A stretch of DNA of 64,000 nt from Escherichia coli (GTDB lineage: Bacteria; Pseudomonadota; Gammaproteobacteria; Enterobacterales; Enterobacteriaceae): assembly GCF_044324875.1 (NCBI RefSeq), contig NZ_CP172185.1. One strand, written 5' to 3'. The position numbers and the translations under genes were made by a program. Below the pieces are notes generated by a model. That model saw nothing but the letters and a program-made list of their open reading frames with translations. It was not told the origin of the DNA and ran no database searches. Below are positions 52,259-61,924 of this stretch, piece after piece. Position 1 is the first letter of the stretch; every line of letters starts with the position of its first letter.

Positions 52259-52750
52259 GTGCAGATTTCACCGGTTACTCTTCGTGTTGCGAAGGCGTTT
52301 ATATCCAGACATCACCGACACAATAAACCCCCGGTGGGGCATAAATTCAGCATTGGTCTGAGAAATGATGCCGGAGAATTGATAGGTGTGGCGACAGCCG
52401 GTCGACCTGTAGCACGACATTTGGATGATGGATTAACGCTTGAAGTAAATCGCACATGTACCACAGGAGAACGCAACGCTAACAGCGCGCTTTATGGTGC
52501 TGTCTGGCGGGCAGCAAAAGCTATGGGTTATCAACGTTGTATTACGTACACCCGGGCAGATGAATCAGGAGCATCTCTTCGCGCAACTGGTTTTGTTCGT
52601 GTGAAAGAGCTTCCTCCAAGAAAAAGCTGGGCGGAATCAAGCGTCGCCCTGCGGAGTAAACGCGATCCAGTCGGAAACGGTGGTGTTCCTCGTGTGCTCT
52701 GGGAAATCAGGAGAATGAGTACCACTGGTATTCGCATCAAAGGAGAGTGA
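52259..52750 (+). CDS. hypothetical protein
   Basis: GTG start just after previous stop; ends with GIRIKGE. Confidence 0.4.
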   Translation: MQISPVTLRVAKAFISRHHRHNKPPVGHKFSIGLRNDAGELIGVATAGRPVARHLDDGLTLEVNRTCTTGERNANSALYGAVWRAAKAMGYQRCITYTRADESGASLRATGFVRVKELPPRKSWAESSVALRSKRDPVGNGGVPRVLWEIRRMSTTGIRIKGE

Positions 52751-52751
52751 T

Positions 52752-53267
52752 ATGGCGTTAACACACCACGAACTCTGTCAGATTGCGTACAAGTTCCTTA
52801 AGCGCAACGGGTTCAAGGTTTGCTTTCATGACCGCTTTATAGCTGTAACCAGTACCGGAGAACAGCCAGATGCTATGGGATTCAGAAATTCAGCATCATG
52901 CCTGATAGAGGCGAAGTGTTCTCGTGCTGACTTGTTGGCAGATAGAAAAAAGCGTTTCCGTAAAAATCCCTCACTTGGCATGGGCGACTGGCGATTCTTT
53001 ATTAGTGAGCCGGAAATTATTTCAGTTGAGGATTTACCTCCCGGCTGGGGATTACTTCACGTTGTTAACGGAAGAGTACGGAAAGTACATGGATGGCCCA
53101 GGGGTAATTGCTGTTGGGGTAATCCTGACGATAAGCCATTTACTGGGAATAAGCAGGTTGAATGCGATTACATGTTATCTGCATTAAGGCGCATGGAGCT
53201 AAGAGGACACCTTAATGAAATATATGACGGTGTAATTGTTAATAAGAAAGAAGGAAACGCAGCATGA
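52752..53267 (+). CDS. hypothetical protein, possible PD-(D/E)xK nuclease-like
   Basis: D...E-x-K arrangement (QPDAMGF ... IEAKCS); inference only. Confidence 0.35.
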   Translation: MALTHHELCQIAYKFLKRNGFKVCFHDRFIAVTSTGEQPDAMGFRNSASCLIEAKCSRADLLADRKKRFRKNPSLGMGDWRFFISEPEIISVEDLPPGWGLLHVVNGRVRKVHGWPRGNCCWGNPDDKPFTGNKQVECDYMLSALRRMELRGHLNEIYDGVIVNKKEGNAA

Positions 53268-53321
53268 CCACTTTAACCGACAAAGAACTAATTAAAGAAA
53301 TCAGAGAGCGAATACCCCGCC

Positions 53322-53513
53322 TTGCCAGCGTCGGTAGTGCCTGAAGGACTGGTTAAAGCAGTGCGTTTCTATGAACAGGTAAAGCGTGAGAATCCGCCAG
53401 TCGAAACCGGAGCATGGAAATACGCTGTTGACTGGGTATTACAGGAAGCATGTCAGGCTGTTCATTGGTGCCGACAGATATCAGCCCTTCAGGAACAGGA
53501 GAATCATTCATGA
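53322..53513 (+). pseudogene. partial duplicate of the C-terminal module of ORF 51942-52256
   Basis: about 85 percent nucleotide identity to 52113-52240; lacks the N-terminal module. Confidence 0.4.
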
Positions 53514-53725
53514 GAAAAATCAGTGGAATGTTGAATCTGGAGAAGGCCAGGATGCAGTTGCGTGTTTTGTTATCTGGACCTGTTCCTGCAATCACTCCGA
53601 TGGCGCATGCCGTGGCAATAAAAGTTGTGCTTGATGCTCTGGATGCGAGTGAGCGGAGGGTGGCTGAACTGGAACAGGTCTGCACTGCCGCGGGTATTCG
53701 TATCAAAGGGGAACAAGTGAAATGA
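53510..53725 (+). CDS. small hypothetical protein
   Basis: RBS AGGAG before ATG 53510; ends GIRIKGE-like. Confidence 0.35.
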   Translation: MRKISGMLNLEKARMQLRVLLSGPVPAITPMAHAVAIKVVLDALDASERRVAELEQVCTAAGIRIKGEQVK

Positions 53726-53943
53726 AACGGAAAATGCAGACAATTTCGGGTCCTGTGATTATCGACAGTAATGAGGTGACACAGTTTTACCCGGACCATG
53801 AAAGTGGAGGGGAACTCACCGCTGTTGAGTACCTTGCTGACGGGGGAAGAATCACCGCGAGGGTGAGGCACTCTTTTTATCAGGTTGCTGCGGCACTTGC
53901 CGGGGCATGGCGTGCGGATGATGCATCAAAAAGCGGTGGGTGA
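53722..53943 (+). CDS. small hypothetical protein
   Basis: 73-aa ORF. Confidence 0.3.
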   Translation: MKRKMQTISGPVIIDSNEVTQFYPDHESGGELTAVEYLADGGRITARVRHSFYQVAAALAGAWRADDASKSGG

Positions 53944-54203
53944 GGACTGTGCCGGAATGATTGTCTGTTCCGAAGCTGCTGAGCCGCGACATAAATTTTT
54001 TATGTTGCGGTGAAGCAGCCGACAAACGAAGAGCGTCAGCGTATCAACAGTTAAGGAAAATATCTTCTGAAGCCGGACGCGACAGTCAGTCCGGTGGTGC
54101 TCGTGTGGTGAAGTGTTTAGCCTGCATCTTTGACAGGGTTCAGTTATAAGCATTTCGGAAACCGTTCCCCGGGGCAGTCTGCCGGGATTTAAGGAGTTTA
54201 TTT

Positions 54204-55469
54204 ATGGCGCTACCTGCAGAAAGCCTTATTGCGCATACGCTCAGAAAAATGAAGGCCAGCATGGCAGAGAAAGCCAGTCGTGAGGACGGGAGGATACGCA
54301 GTGGGCTGTTGTTTACCGGCAATGTTCACGATTCGTATCCCCGCAGGCTGTTGCTGGATACGCGCCTTTCTCCCCTTGATAAAACTGCGTGGATGATGAT
54401 TCGTCTGCATGCCCTGAATAATGAGGGCGCAGTATTTCCGACGTACGATGAACTGCAGTTACAACTGGCATCTCCCGGGCGCGGGAAGGCGTCCCGTGAA
54501 ACAGTGAGCCGGGTGCTGACAATGCTGCGGCTTACGGGCTGGCTGAGTCTGTGTAAGCGGGTCAGGGATGAAAAAGGGCGGGTCCGGGGGAATATTTACG
54601 CCCTGCATGATGAGCCACTGACCTGCTGTGATGCAGAAAAGTTTGACCCACGATACCTGGATATGGTTCTGGATACTGTGAGCAGGAGCCGGAACAAGAC
54701 AATCCGGCACACAGCCAGTGAAGTGCTCAGTGATATCAAAAATGAGCCCGGTATGCGGCATTACCACAGCCATATCACTCTGTTTGAATCGCGTATGGGG
54801 GCAGCACAGACACCTGGTCAGCTGGCGGCGCGTCAGCGGGTGAACCCGATGGTGAATGAAAACACAGGCAGAGAGAGTGGTTCGGATTCCGTACATACCC
54901 CTGCACCTGTCGTGCAGGTAAACGAACTCAGTGATCCATTAATCGAACTCAGTGAAAAACAGGAAATGAGCCCACTCAGTTCGGATTCCGTACTGCCTGA
55001 AAAATCAGCAACTTATTACTCGGTTCGGAAACCGAACAATTACGTACGTAATATCACACACAGTGTGATTAAAAATACGTACGTATTGCCTGAGTCGGTG
55101 AAATCGCAAATCAGCGCAGAAGACACGGACATGCTGACAAAACAACTGCAGGCGTTGCCGGAAGAACTGGCAGGTAGTGTGCTGAGCAGCCTGTTACAGA
55201 TGCTCAGCAAAAACACGCTCCAGAATCCGGTTGGCTGGATGCTGGCTGTGATGAAACTTGCGCGTGAGGGACGTTTTAATACGCCGGATATGTCCGTGCA
55301 TGAATCCCGGTCGCCAGCCCGTGCACCATATCAGCCTGTGTACAACCGTGATGAACGTGAACGTCGTCGCGGGAAAGTGGCGTCACCTGAAACGGTGAGC
55401 AACATTGTCGCAGAATTCCGGGCCAGCCTGAAACGTGCAAATGCTGCCCGTCTGGCGGCGCGTGTGTGA
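54204..55469 (+). CDS. ICE/pathogenicity-island replication initiator-like protein (STY4528-like)
   Basis: 421-aa ORF immediately followed by an iteron array. Confidence 0.5.
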   Translation: MALPAESLIAHTLRKMKASMAEKASREDGRIRSGLLFTGNVHDSYPRRLLLDTRLSPLDKTAWMMIRLHALNNEGAVFPTYDELQLQLASPGRGKASRETVSRVLTMLRLTGWLSLCKRVRDEKGRVRGNIYALHDEPLTCCDAEKFDPRYLDMVLDTVSRSRNKTIRHTASEVLSDIKNEPGMRHYHSHITLFESRMGAAQTPGQLAARQRVNPMVNENTGRESGSDSVHTPAPVVQVNELSDPLIELSEKQEMSPLSSDSVLPEKSATYYSVRKPNNYVRNITHSVIKNTYVLPESVKSQISAEDTDMLTKQLQALPEELAGSVLSSLLQMLSKNTLQNPVGWMLAVMKLAREGRFNTPDMSVHESRSPARAPYQPVYNRDERERRRGKVASPETVSNIVAEFRASLKRANAARLAARV

Positions 55470-55483
55470 TGGTTAAAAGTCAA

Positions 55484-55803
55484 TCTATGGCGCTACTGGC
55501 ACCATAGTACAAAAAATAAGCGATGGTGCCACTGGCACCATAGTACAAAAAATGAGCGATGGTGCCACTGGCACCACGGTATAAAAAATGAGCGATGGTG
55601 CCACTGGCACCACGGTATAAAAAATGAGCGATGGTGACGCTGGCACCATAGTACAAAAAATAAGCGATGGTGCCACTGGCACCACGGTACAAAAAATAAG
55701 CGATGGTGCCACTGGCACCATAGTACAAAAAATGAGCGATGGTGCCACTGGCACCATAGTACAAAAAATGAGCGATGGTGCCACTGGCACCATAGTATAA
55801 AAA
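55484..55803. repeat. iteron array: ~9 tandem 36-bp units each containing palindrome GGTGCC-ACT-GGCACC
   Basis: period 36 bp measured between successive GCGATGGTGCC starts (55520, 55556, 55592...). Confidence 0.85.
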
Positions 55804-55935
55804 CGAACGCAATTCATACGCTCAATCCCGTTAATTTTAAAAGGTTCAAATCTGTTTTCCTGTTGTTGTTAATCCGGTTCTTTCTGACGATCTCACACTC
55901 AACTGGTGTTATTTCTGGTACTGAGTGGAGGTCAT

Positions 55936-56616
55936 ATGACTGATGAGAAAAAGACTGAACCTGGCGTGTTAAAAAGCTCCCTGACAATTAATATTCACAC
56001 TTATTACGCTATTCGGTTGTGGAACGGTCGCAAGCCTGAGACTGGTGCTGATAAGTCGGAACGTCGGCGCAGGATCATTGGCATGCCCGGGGTTATTTCC
56101 CGTGCGGGTATCGCAACAAAAGATTCTGAGAACAATAATCCGTGGGCGGATGAATTTTTGTTCAGCCTTGAGGAAAAGCTGAATCACTCAAAGCAAAAGA
56201 TTAATGACCTGGTTGAGCAGTTAAATGATGTTTTACGGGATGTGCCAGGGGATATTTGTATTTCTGAAATATCATCAACCAGTCCAGTAAATATTGGTGT
56301 GCACAGTCGTTCACCTCTTGGTTACAAATGTGTATGGCTGCTTGTCGGGTACGATGAACTGGTGCTTAAAGCCTTTCAGGCTTTCCACTATGGACTGATT
56401 GCCCGATCACGTCGTGATGAAATACTTAATGCCGGAGGGCATGCTGTACGTCAGATTTGTGCTCTTGCCCAGGGATATAAAACTGTACCTGCAACGAGGG
56501 GTGATATTTCTTCTGGCTCACAAAAAGGAAAAGATGCGATCAGCCGCTATGGCATGCCTGATCCTGACATCCTTACCGGGAAGAAACGGTCCTCCTTTTC
56601 TGCACCGCTGAAATAA
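55936..56616 (+). CDS. conserved ICE protein (PFL_4669-like, putative)
   Basis: ORF immediately upstream of topB as in SPI-7/PFGI-1-type ICEs. Confidence 0.4.
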   Translation: MTDEKKTEPGVLKSSLTINIHTYYAIRLWNGRKPETGADKSERRRRIIGMPGVISRAGIATKDSENNNPWADEFLFSLEEKLNHSKQKINDLVEQLNDVLRDVPGDICISEISSTSPVNIGVHSRSPLGYKCVWLLVGYDELVLKAFQAFHYGLIARSRRDEILNAGGHAVRQICALAQGYKTVPATRGDISSGSQKGKDAISRYGMPDPDILTGKKRSSFSAPLK

Positions 56617-56628
56617 TCTGGTAACTCT

Positions 56629-58647
56629 ATGCGTCTCTATTTATGTGAAAAACCTTCACAGGCCGCTGATATAGCCAGAGTACTTGGGGCTGCCAGACGT
56701 GGTGATGGTGCGATTGAAGGTAAGGACTTTGTTGTGACCTGGGCCTTTGGTCACTTGCTGGAGCAGGCGCCACCGGAGGCGTATGGTGAACAGTTTGGCA
56801 GCCCCTGGAAAATTGACGTTTTGCCGGTCTTTCCTAAACAGTGGAAGATGGTGGTGAAGGATAATGTCGGGAAGCAGTTTAATGTGATCAGCCGCCTTCT
56901 CCGTAAGACTGATGAAGTGGTGATTGCCACTGACGCCGATCGTGAAGGCGAAATTATCGCAAGGGAACTGCTGGATTATTGTGGTTATACCGGCGTTGTG
57001 CGCCGTCTCTGGCTGTCCGCACTGGATGAGAGCAGTATCAGGGAGGCGCTGGACAGAATACTGCCCGGAGAGGAGACCGAGAAGTTATATGAAGCCGGTA
57101 AGGGACGCAGCCGGGCTGACTGGCTGACGGGGATCAACCTGACGCGTCTGTATACCCTGAAAGCCAGGGGGTGTGGTGTGTCCGGCGTCCTCTCTGTTGG
57201 CAGGGTGCAGACGCCCACGCTTGCGATGGTGGTCAGACGGGACGCGGAAATAAAAAATTTTATTCCGGTACCTTACTGGCAACTGTATCTCTGGCTGGAG
57301 AAGGATAATGTGCGTTTTCGTACCACCTGGATTGCGGCAGCGCAGTACTGCGATACTGAAAAACGGTGTGTGAATGTGCAGGCGGCAACAGCCGTCCTGT
57401 CACAGTGTCGTCAGGCAGGTGTTGCTGTTGTCAGGGATGTCAGCAGCAGACGGGAGAAAAAGCAGCCTCCGCTGTGTTTTTCGCTCGGAACGTTGCAGGA
57501 GGTCTGTTCGCGCAAATTTGGCCTCGGAGCGCAGGCTGTTCTTGATATAGCCCAGTCGCTGTACGAAAAGCATAAGGCGACAACATATCCGCGTACAGAT
57601 TGCGGTTATCTGCCGGTATCAATGCACAAAGAAGTGCCTGACGTACTGGCGGCGCTGGAAAAAACCGATCCGGATATTGCCACGGAGCTGGCAAAACTCA
57701 GTCCTGATATTGTGTCGGGGATCTGGAACGACAGGAAGATCACCGCGCATCATGCGATAATCCCCACCCGTCAGCCGTTTAATATTGTGGCGCTGAGTGA
57801 TAATGAGCTTAAGGTGTACCGGTTAATTCGTCAGCATTATCTGGCTCAGTTTTTACCCATGCAGGAGTCGGATGTCACAGAGGCCACATTTCTTGTTGCG
57901 GGGCAGTTGTTCGGAACGCGGGGACGGGTGGAGGTTGTCAGGGGATGGCGTGCGCTTTTTGTGTCAGATTCGGCGGGAGAGGAAGAGGATGTTGCAGACG
58001 ATGAGCAGGCGATGCCCCTTCCCGTACTGGCAAAAGGTGATGAATGTCGTCCTGCTGAAGCTGAACTCAAAGAGATGCAGACCACGCCACCACGTCATTA
58101 TACGGAAGGCACGCTGATTGCGGCGATGAAAAATGCTGCGGGTATGGTGAGTGATCCGGCACTGAAAAAAGTGTTACGCGAAAATGCGGGGCTGGGTACT
58201 GAAGCGACCCGCGCAGAAATACTGGAAACGTTGTTCACCCGCAAATATATCGAGAAGCAGGGTAAGCATATCCGTGCCACGCAACTGGGGGCGGAGCTGA
58301 TAGCGGGATTGCCGGAGGCGCTGACCAGTCCGGGAACAACGGCGCTGTGGGAACAGGCTCTGGATGATATTGCACAGGGTAAACTGTCACTGTCGTCATT
58401 TATGGAGAAGCAGAAACAGTGGCTTAACCACCTGGTGGCCGGTGCAAGGCAGCAGCCACTGCAGATCACGGCACCGGTTACGCCTGCATGCCCTCTTTGC
58501 AGGGGAAGAATGCGGAAGGTGAAGATGAAAAGCGGGAAAGGGGAATTCTGGAGTTGTCAGCGTTATCCGGAGTGTAAGGGAGTGATTTCAGAGCAGAAAC
58601 CGACATCCGGGAAACGGGGCGGCAGAAAAATTAAAAAGCGTGGATGA
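56629..58647 (+). CDS. topB: DNA topoisomerase III
   Basis: Toprim N-terminus (LYLCEKPSQA), catalytic Tyr region, C-terminal zinc ribbon CPLCRG...CQRYPEC. Confidence 0.85.
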   Translation: MRLYLCEKPSQAADIARVLGAARRGDGAIEGKDFVVTWAFGHLLEQAPPEAYGEQFGSPWKIDVLPVFPKQWKMVVKDNVGKQFNVISRLLRKTDEVVIATDADREGEIIARELLDYCGYTGVVRRLWLSALDESSIREALDRILPGEETEKLYEAGKGRSRADWLTGINLTRLYTLKARGCGVSGVLSVGRVQTPTLAMVVRRDAEIKNFIPVPYWQLYLWLEKDNVRFRTTWIAAAQYCDTEKRCVNVQAATAVLSQCRQAGVAVVRDVSSRREKKQPPLCFSLGTLQEVCSRKFGLGAQAVLDIAQSLYEKHKATTYPRTDCGYLPVSMHKEVPDVLAALEKTDPDIATELAKLSPDIVSGIWNDRKITAHHAIIPTRQPFNIVALSDNELKVYRLIRQHYLAQFLPMQESDVTEATFLVAGQLFGTRGRVEVVRGWRALFVSDSAGEEEDVADDEQAMPLPVLAKGDECRPAEAELKEMQTTPPRHYTEGTLIAAMKNAAGMVSDPALKKVLRENAGLGTEATRAEILETLFTRKYIEKQGKHIRATQLGAELIAGLPEALTSPGTTALWEQALDDIAQGKLSLSSFMEKQKQWLNHLVAGARQQPLQITAPVTPACPLCRGRMRKVKMKSGKGEFWSCQRYPECKGVISEQKPTSGKRGGRKIKKRG

Positions 58648-58847
58648 TGATTACATGCTTTTTTTTATTTGTTAAAGTGCATACGCTTTGATGCGTACCC
58701 TGCTGACCACAGTAAAGAGCGGGCAGCTCTTCGGTCCGGTGATCGGCTCTACACACCAGCTGGATCACAAGGCGCATAAACTCCGTGAAAACCGCGCCGG
58801 GAGAAATCCCCGGAGACTGATGAGATAAACTACAGGGCTGGTAACCC

Positions 58848-58880
58848 CGGGCACCGTTTTTACGGTGCCCTTTTTATTTT
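58848..58880 (+). terminator. Rho-independent terminator
   Basis: CGGGCACCG-TTTTTA-CGGTGCCC followed by TTTTTATTTT. Confidence 0.7.
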
Positions 58881-58927
58881 GGTATTGACTTTCTTTGTGT
58901 GAGCTTTAAATATGGCAGGGCTAACTT

Positions 58928-59110
58928 GTCGCTCCGGCGACCACCAATGTTCCATAGTGGCCTGTGAGGAACGCCTTCGGGTGGCCCATGTCGCTTCAGC
59001 GACCACCAATGTTCCATGTGGCCTGTGAGGAACGCCTTCGGGTGGCCCACGTCGCTCCGGCGACCACCAATGCTTCATCTGACCTGTGAGGAGCGCCTTC
59101 GGGTGGTCAG
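58928..59110. repeat. three tandem ~61-bp repeats
   Basis: GTCGCTCCGGCGACCACCAATGTTCCAT-GTGGCCTGTGAGGAACGCCTTCGGGTGGCCCA x3 with a few substitutions. Confidence 0.8.
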
Positions 59111-59357
59111 TTTTACACCTCCTGAGCCTGAAAGGAGCTGTGCGTACTGAAGGGATATATTCCCGGAAGTACGGGCAAATCTGCACACCTTTGAGAGCAG
59201 ATGTCACTGCGGTTTTCCGTGATGATGAAGGCTTTTTTTACTGCACAGACAGCCGGAAATTCAGCTGATTCCGGCATCCCCGACGGGAACTATCACTCCC
59301 GTCAGGGCTGGTGATGTTCTCCGTCATATCTTTTTTTCACTCCATGGAGAAATCATC

Positions 59358-59822
59358 ATGTCTGCAACTAACTCTACTTCTGCAAAAACTGAATACTTCA
59401 ACCTGACCATGAAAGGTCTTGGGTATCTCAGCAATGTACGTCAGGTTAACCATCAGAACGGTTCGTTCCTCAGCTGTGTGATTAACGCACTGAGTGGACC
59501 AACGGACAATCCGTCCTATACGCGTTTTGATGTTACGGTTGCCGGTAAAGAGGCGACCACCCTGATCTCCCGCTGCCAGAAAGCAGTGGATGAGGACCGC
59601 AAGGTACTGCTTGGTTTTACGTTAAGCAACCTTGCCACCGACATTTTCACCCTGAACAAGGGGGAGCATGCCGGTGAGCAACGCGTCAGCCTGAAAGCCC
59701 GCCTGATCAAGGTGGACTGGATAAAAATAGGCCAGGAGCAGGTCTATAAGGCTGAAAAAGCGGAGTCCCAGCCACCGAGCCATGGCACCACAAAACGTGA
59801 ATACGCAGAAGACTCCTTCTGA
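59358..59822 (+). CDS. conserved ICE protein (STY4534-like, putative)
   Basis: 154-aa ORF downstream of the 61-bp repeats. Confidence 0.4.
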   Translation: MSATNSTSAKTEYFNLTMKGLGYLSNVRQVNHQNGSFLSCVINALSGPTDNPSYTRFDVTVAGKEATTLISRCQKAVDEDRKVLLGFTLSNLATDIFTLNKGEHAGEQRVSLKARLIKVDWIKIGQEQVYKAEKAESQPPSHGTTKREYAEDSF

Positions 59823-59921
59823 TCGCGTATTTTTCTCACTGCCTCCCTGATAAAGAAAACAGACCACCATCAGGGAGGTCTGTTTTCTTATTGTGTTTAC
59901 TGAACTTTAAGGAAACAAATT

Positions 59922-60125
59922 ATGACTTCTACAAACGGTATTCTCGCAGCTGCGGCAGGTTATACATTACCTCTGGAAATACTCAAAAGTGGGCGCGGAT
60001 ATTATATTGGCACTCAGTGTTGTGAGGGGCCGGTATCCCGTGAATCAGAAGAGTATTTCAAAAAATATGAGCAGGCTGAGCGGGCGCTGAAAAATGGCAC
60101 CTGGACACAACGTCATGCCTGGTAA
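59922..60125 (+). CDS. small hypothetical protein
   Basis: 67-aa ORF with good spacing to ssb. Confidence 0.35.
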   Translation: MTSTNGILAAAAGYTLPLEILKSGRGYYIGTQCCEGPVSRESEEYFKKYEQAERALKNGTWTQRHAW

Positions 60126-60137
60126 TGAGGAGGTGCT

Positions 60138-60695
60138 ATGGCTTCACGTGGCGTAAACAAAGTTATCCTGATAGGACATCTGGGGCAGGATCCGGATATC
60201 CGGTATTTCCCCAATGGCGGTGGCGTTGTGGCGAATCTGTCACTGGCGACCAGCGACACCTGGCGGGATAAACAGAGCGGTGAAATGAAGGAAGTCACTG
60301 AATGGCACCGCGTTGTTCTCTATGGAAAACTGGCTGAAGTTGCCTGCGAGTACCTGCATAAGGGGTCGCAGGTGTATATAGAAGGCCAGCTTAAAACCCG
60401 TAAATGGTTTGACCAGCAGAATGGTGTGGACCGTTATTCAACTGAGGTTGTTGTGGGCGTGAATGGTGTCATGCAGATGCTGGGTTCATCGCGTCAGCAG
60501 GGCGCTTCCGGTAATGGTGCTTCAGCACCGGCACAAGGGGGCCAGGGACAGCCGCCGAAGACGACCGGACAGACTGGTCGTGCTACCCGGACAACTTCAA
60601 CAGGTAATGGTGCTCCACCTGTGGACTTTGACGATGATATCCCCTTTATGGGGATCGGGTATGGCATGGAACGGCGAATTATTCATGCCATGTAA
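60138..60695 (+). CDS. ssb: single-stranded DNA-binding protein with 15-aa extension past the canonical DDDIPF tail
   Basis: OB-fold N-terminus, Gly/Gln-rich linker, DFDDDIPF followed by [15 protein letters not shown]. Confidence 0.8.
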   Translation: MASRGVNKVILIGHLGQDPDIRYFPNGGGVVANLSLATSDTWRDKQSGEMKEVTEWHRVVLYGKLAEVACEYLHKGSQVYIEGQLKTRKWFDQQNGVDRYSTEVVVGVNGVMQMLGSSRQQGASGNGASAPAQGGQGQPPKTTGQTGRATRTTSTGNGAPPVDFDDDIPFMGIGYGMERRIIHAM

Positions 60696-60741
60696 TATTA
60701 ACCATGGGGCGATACGCCCCACTTTTTTATCCGGAGGTTAC

Positions 60742-61734
60742 GTGAGTGAAAAAGTTAACAAAATCACTATGATTCATGACGGGGCGTTAAAGAAGACGCT
60801 TGAAGATCCCGCAGCAGTAAGGGACTTTCTTGAACAGGTCTTGACACACGATCAGATATCCCGCTGTAATCTTGATACAATAGAAGTTGAAAAGAATTCG
60901 TTCGTGACGGAAAGTTTGCGTCAGCATGCCTGTGATGTTTTGATCAGCATGAAGACAAACGACGGCAGGGACGGATACATTTATACCTTAATCGAGCACC
61001 AGAGTTCGCCGGATAAATTCATCCCGCTGCGTATGATGCGATATATCCTGGCTGTAATGGAGCAACATGTTGAAAAGCATAAGTGTGCACCTGTGGTGAT
61101 CCCCGTGCTGTTTTATCATGGTGCAGTGCGGCCATATCCGTATCCGCTGAACTGGGTGGATTGTCTGGATGACCCGGAGTACGGACGTGAGATTTATGGC
61201 GAGTCAAAGCCATTCAGTCTGGTGGATGTCAGTACGCTTGATGATGATGAAATTGAGCAGTATCGCCGGATGGCGGCGCTGATGTACACCATGAAGTCCG
61301 GAACTCAGGGTGATTTGATTGAGCTGATTGGTAAATCGATCACACTGACGGATAAGTATGGCAGCAGCGTTCACCTGAATACGGTGCTTACTTATCTGAT
61401 GGAACTTTACCAGATGGATGTTGCTGAACTTTTTGAAGCAATATCCACACACTATCCCAGCCACAAGGGGGTGATTATGACGATAGCGGAACAACTGGAA
61501 GAGAAAGGCCTTGAGAAAGGCCGTGCTGAAGGTCTTGCTGAAGGCCGTGCTGAAGGCCGTGCTGAAGGTCTTGCTGAAGGTCTTGCTGAAGGCCGTGCTG
61601 AAGAGCGTCAAAAAGCGCTTGCAGAAACCTATGCATCTGTCCGTCGCATGAGTGATATGGGGATGTCAACAGAAGTTATTAAGCAAGCTCTTCAGCTTTC
61701 TGATGAACAGATTCAGGAAGCGCTTAATAATTAA
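60742..61734 (+). CDS. Rpn-family recombination-promoting nuclease / putative transposase (second paralog)
   Basis: GTG start after GGAGG; parallel to 14423-15412 incl. C-terminal (AEG[RL])n repeats. Confidence 0.7.
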   Translation: MSEKVNKITMIHDGALKKTLEDPAAVRDFLEQVLTHDQISRCNLDTIEVEKNSFVTESLRQHACDVLISMKTNDGRDGYIYTLIEHQSSPDKFIPLRMMRYILAVMEQHVEKHKCAPVVIPVLFYHGAVRPYPYPLNWVDCLDDPEYGREIYGESKPFSLVDVSTLDDDEIEQYRRMAALMYTMKSGTQGDLIELIGKSITLTDKYGSSVHLNTVLTYLMELYQMDVAELFEAISTHYPSHKGVIMTIAEQLEEKGLEKGRAEGLAEGRAEGRAEGLAEGLAEGRAEERQKALAETYASVRRMSDMGMSTEVIKQALQLSDEQIQEALNN

Positions 61735-61924
61735 CCTCACATCGTAATGATGTGGCAGAGCGCGACTGATGCGTCAGAATGCGTGATGCCCTGTGAACAC
61801 AGCGCCTGCCATTGTGCAGGCGTTTTTTTTGTCAACCGGAAATCAGTTGTTCATTGAGCCTCCCCTCACTTCTTCTGCAAATTGACCTCTGACTTTATCA
61901 CTTCACTGCAGAGGTAATTCCCTG

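Noticed and set aside
55480-55817. Two 110-aa minus-strand ORFs with repetitive peptide sequence; also considered as a CRISPR array
   Set aside because: They are read-through artefacts of the 36-bp iteron array (36 is a multiple of 3); units are directly adjacent with no spacers, so it is not CRISPR
58860-59207. 115-aa minus-strand ORF
   Set aside because: Lies entirely over the terminator and the 61-bp tandem repeats; repetitive translation
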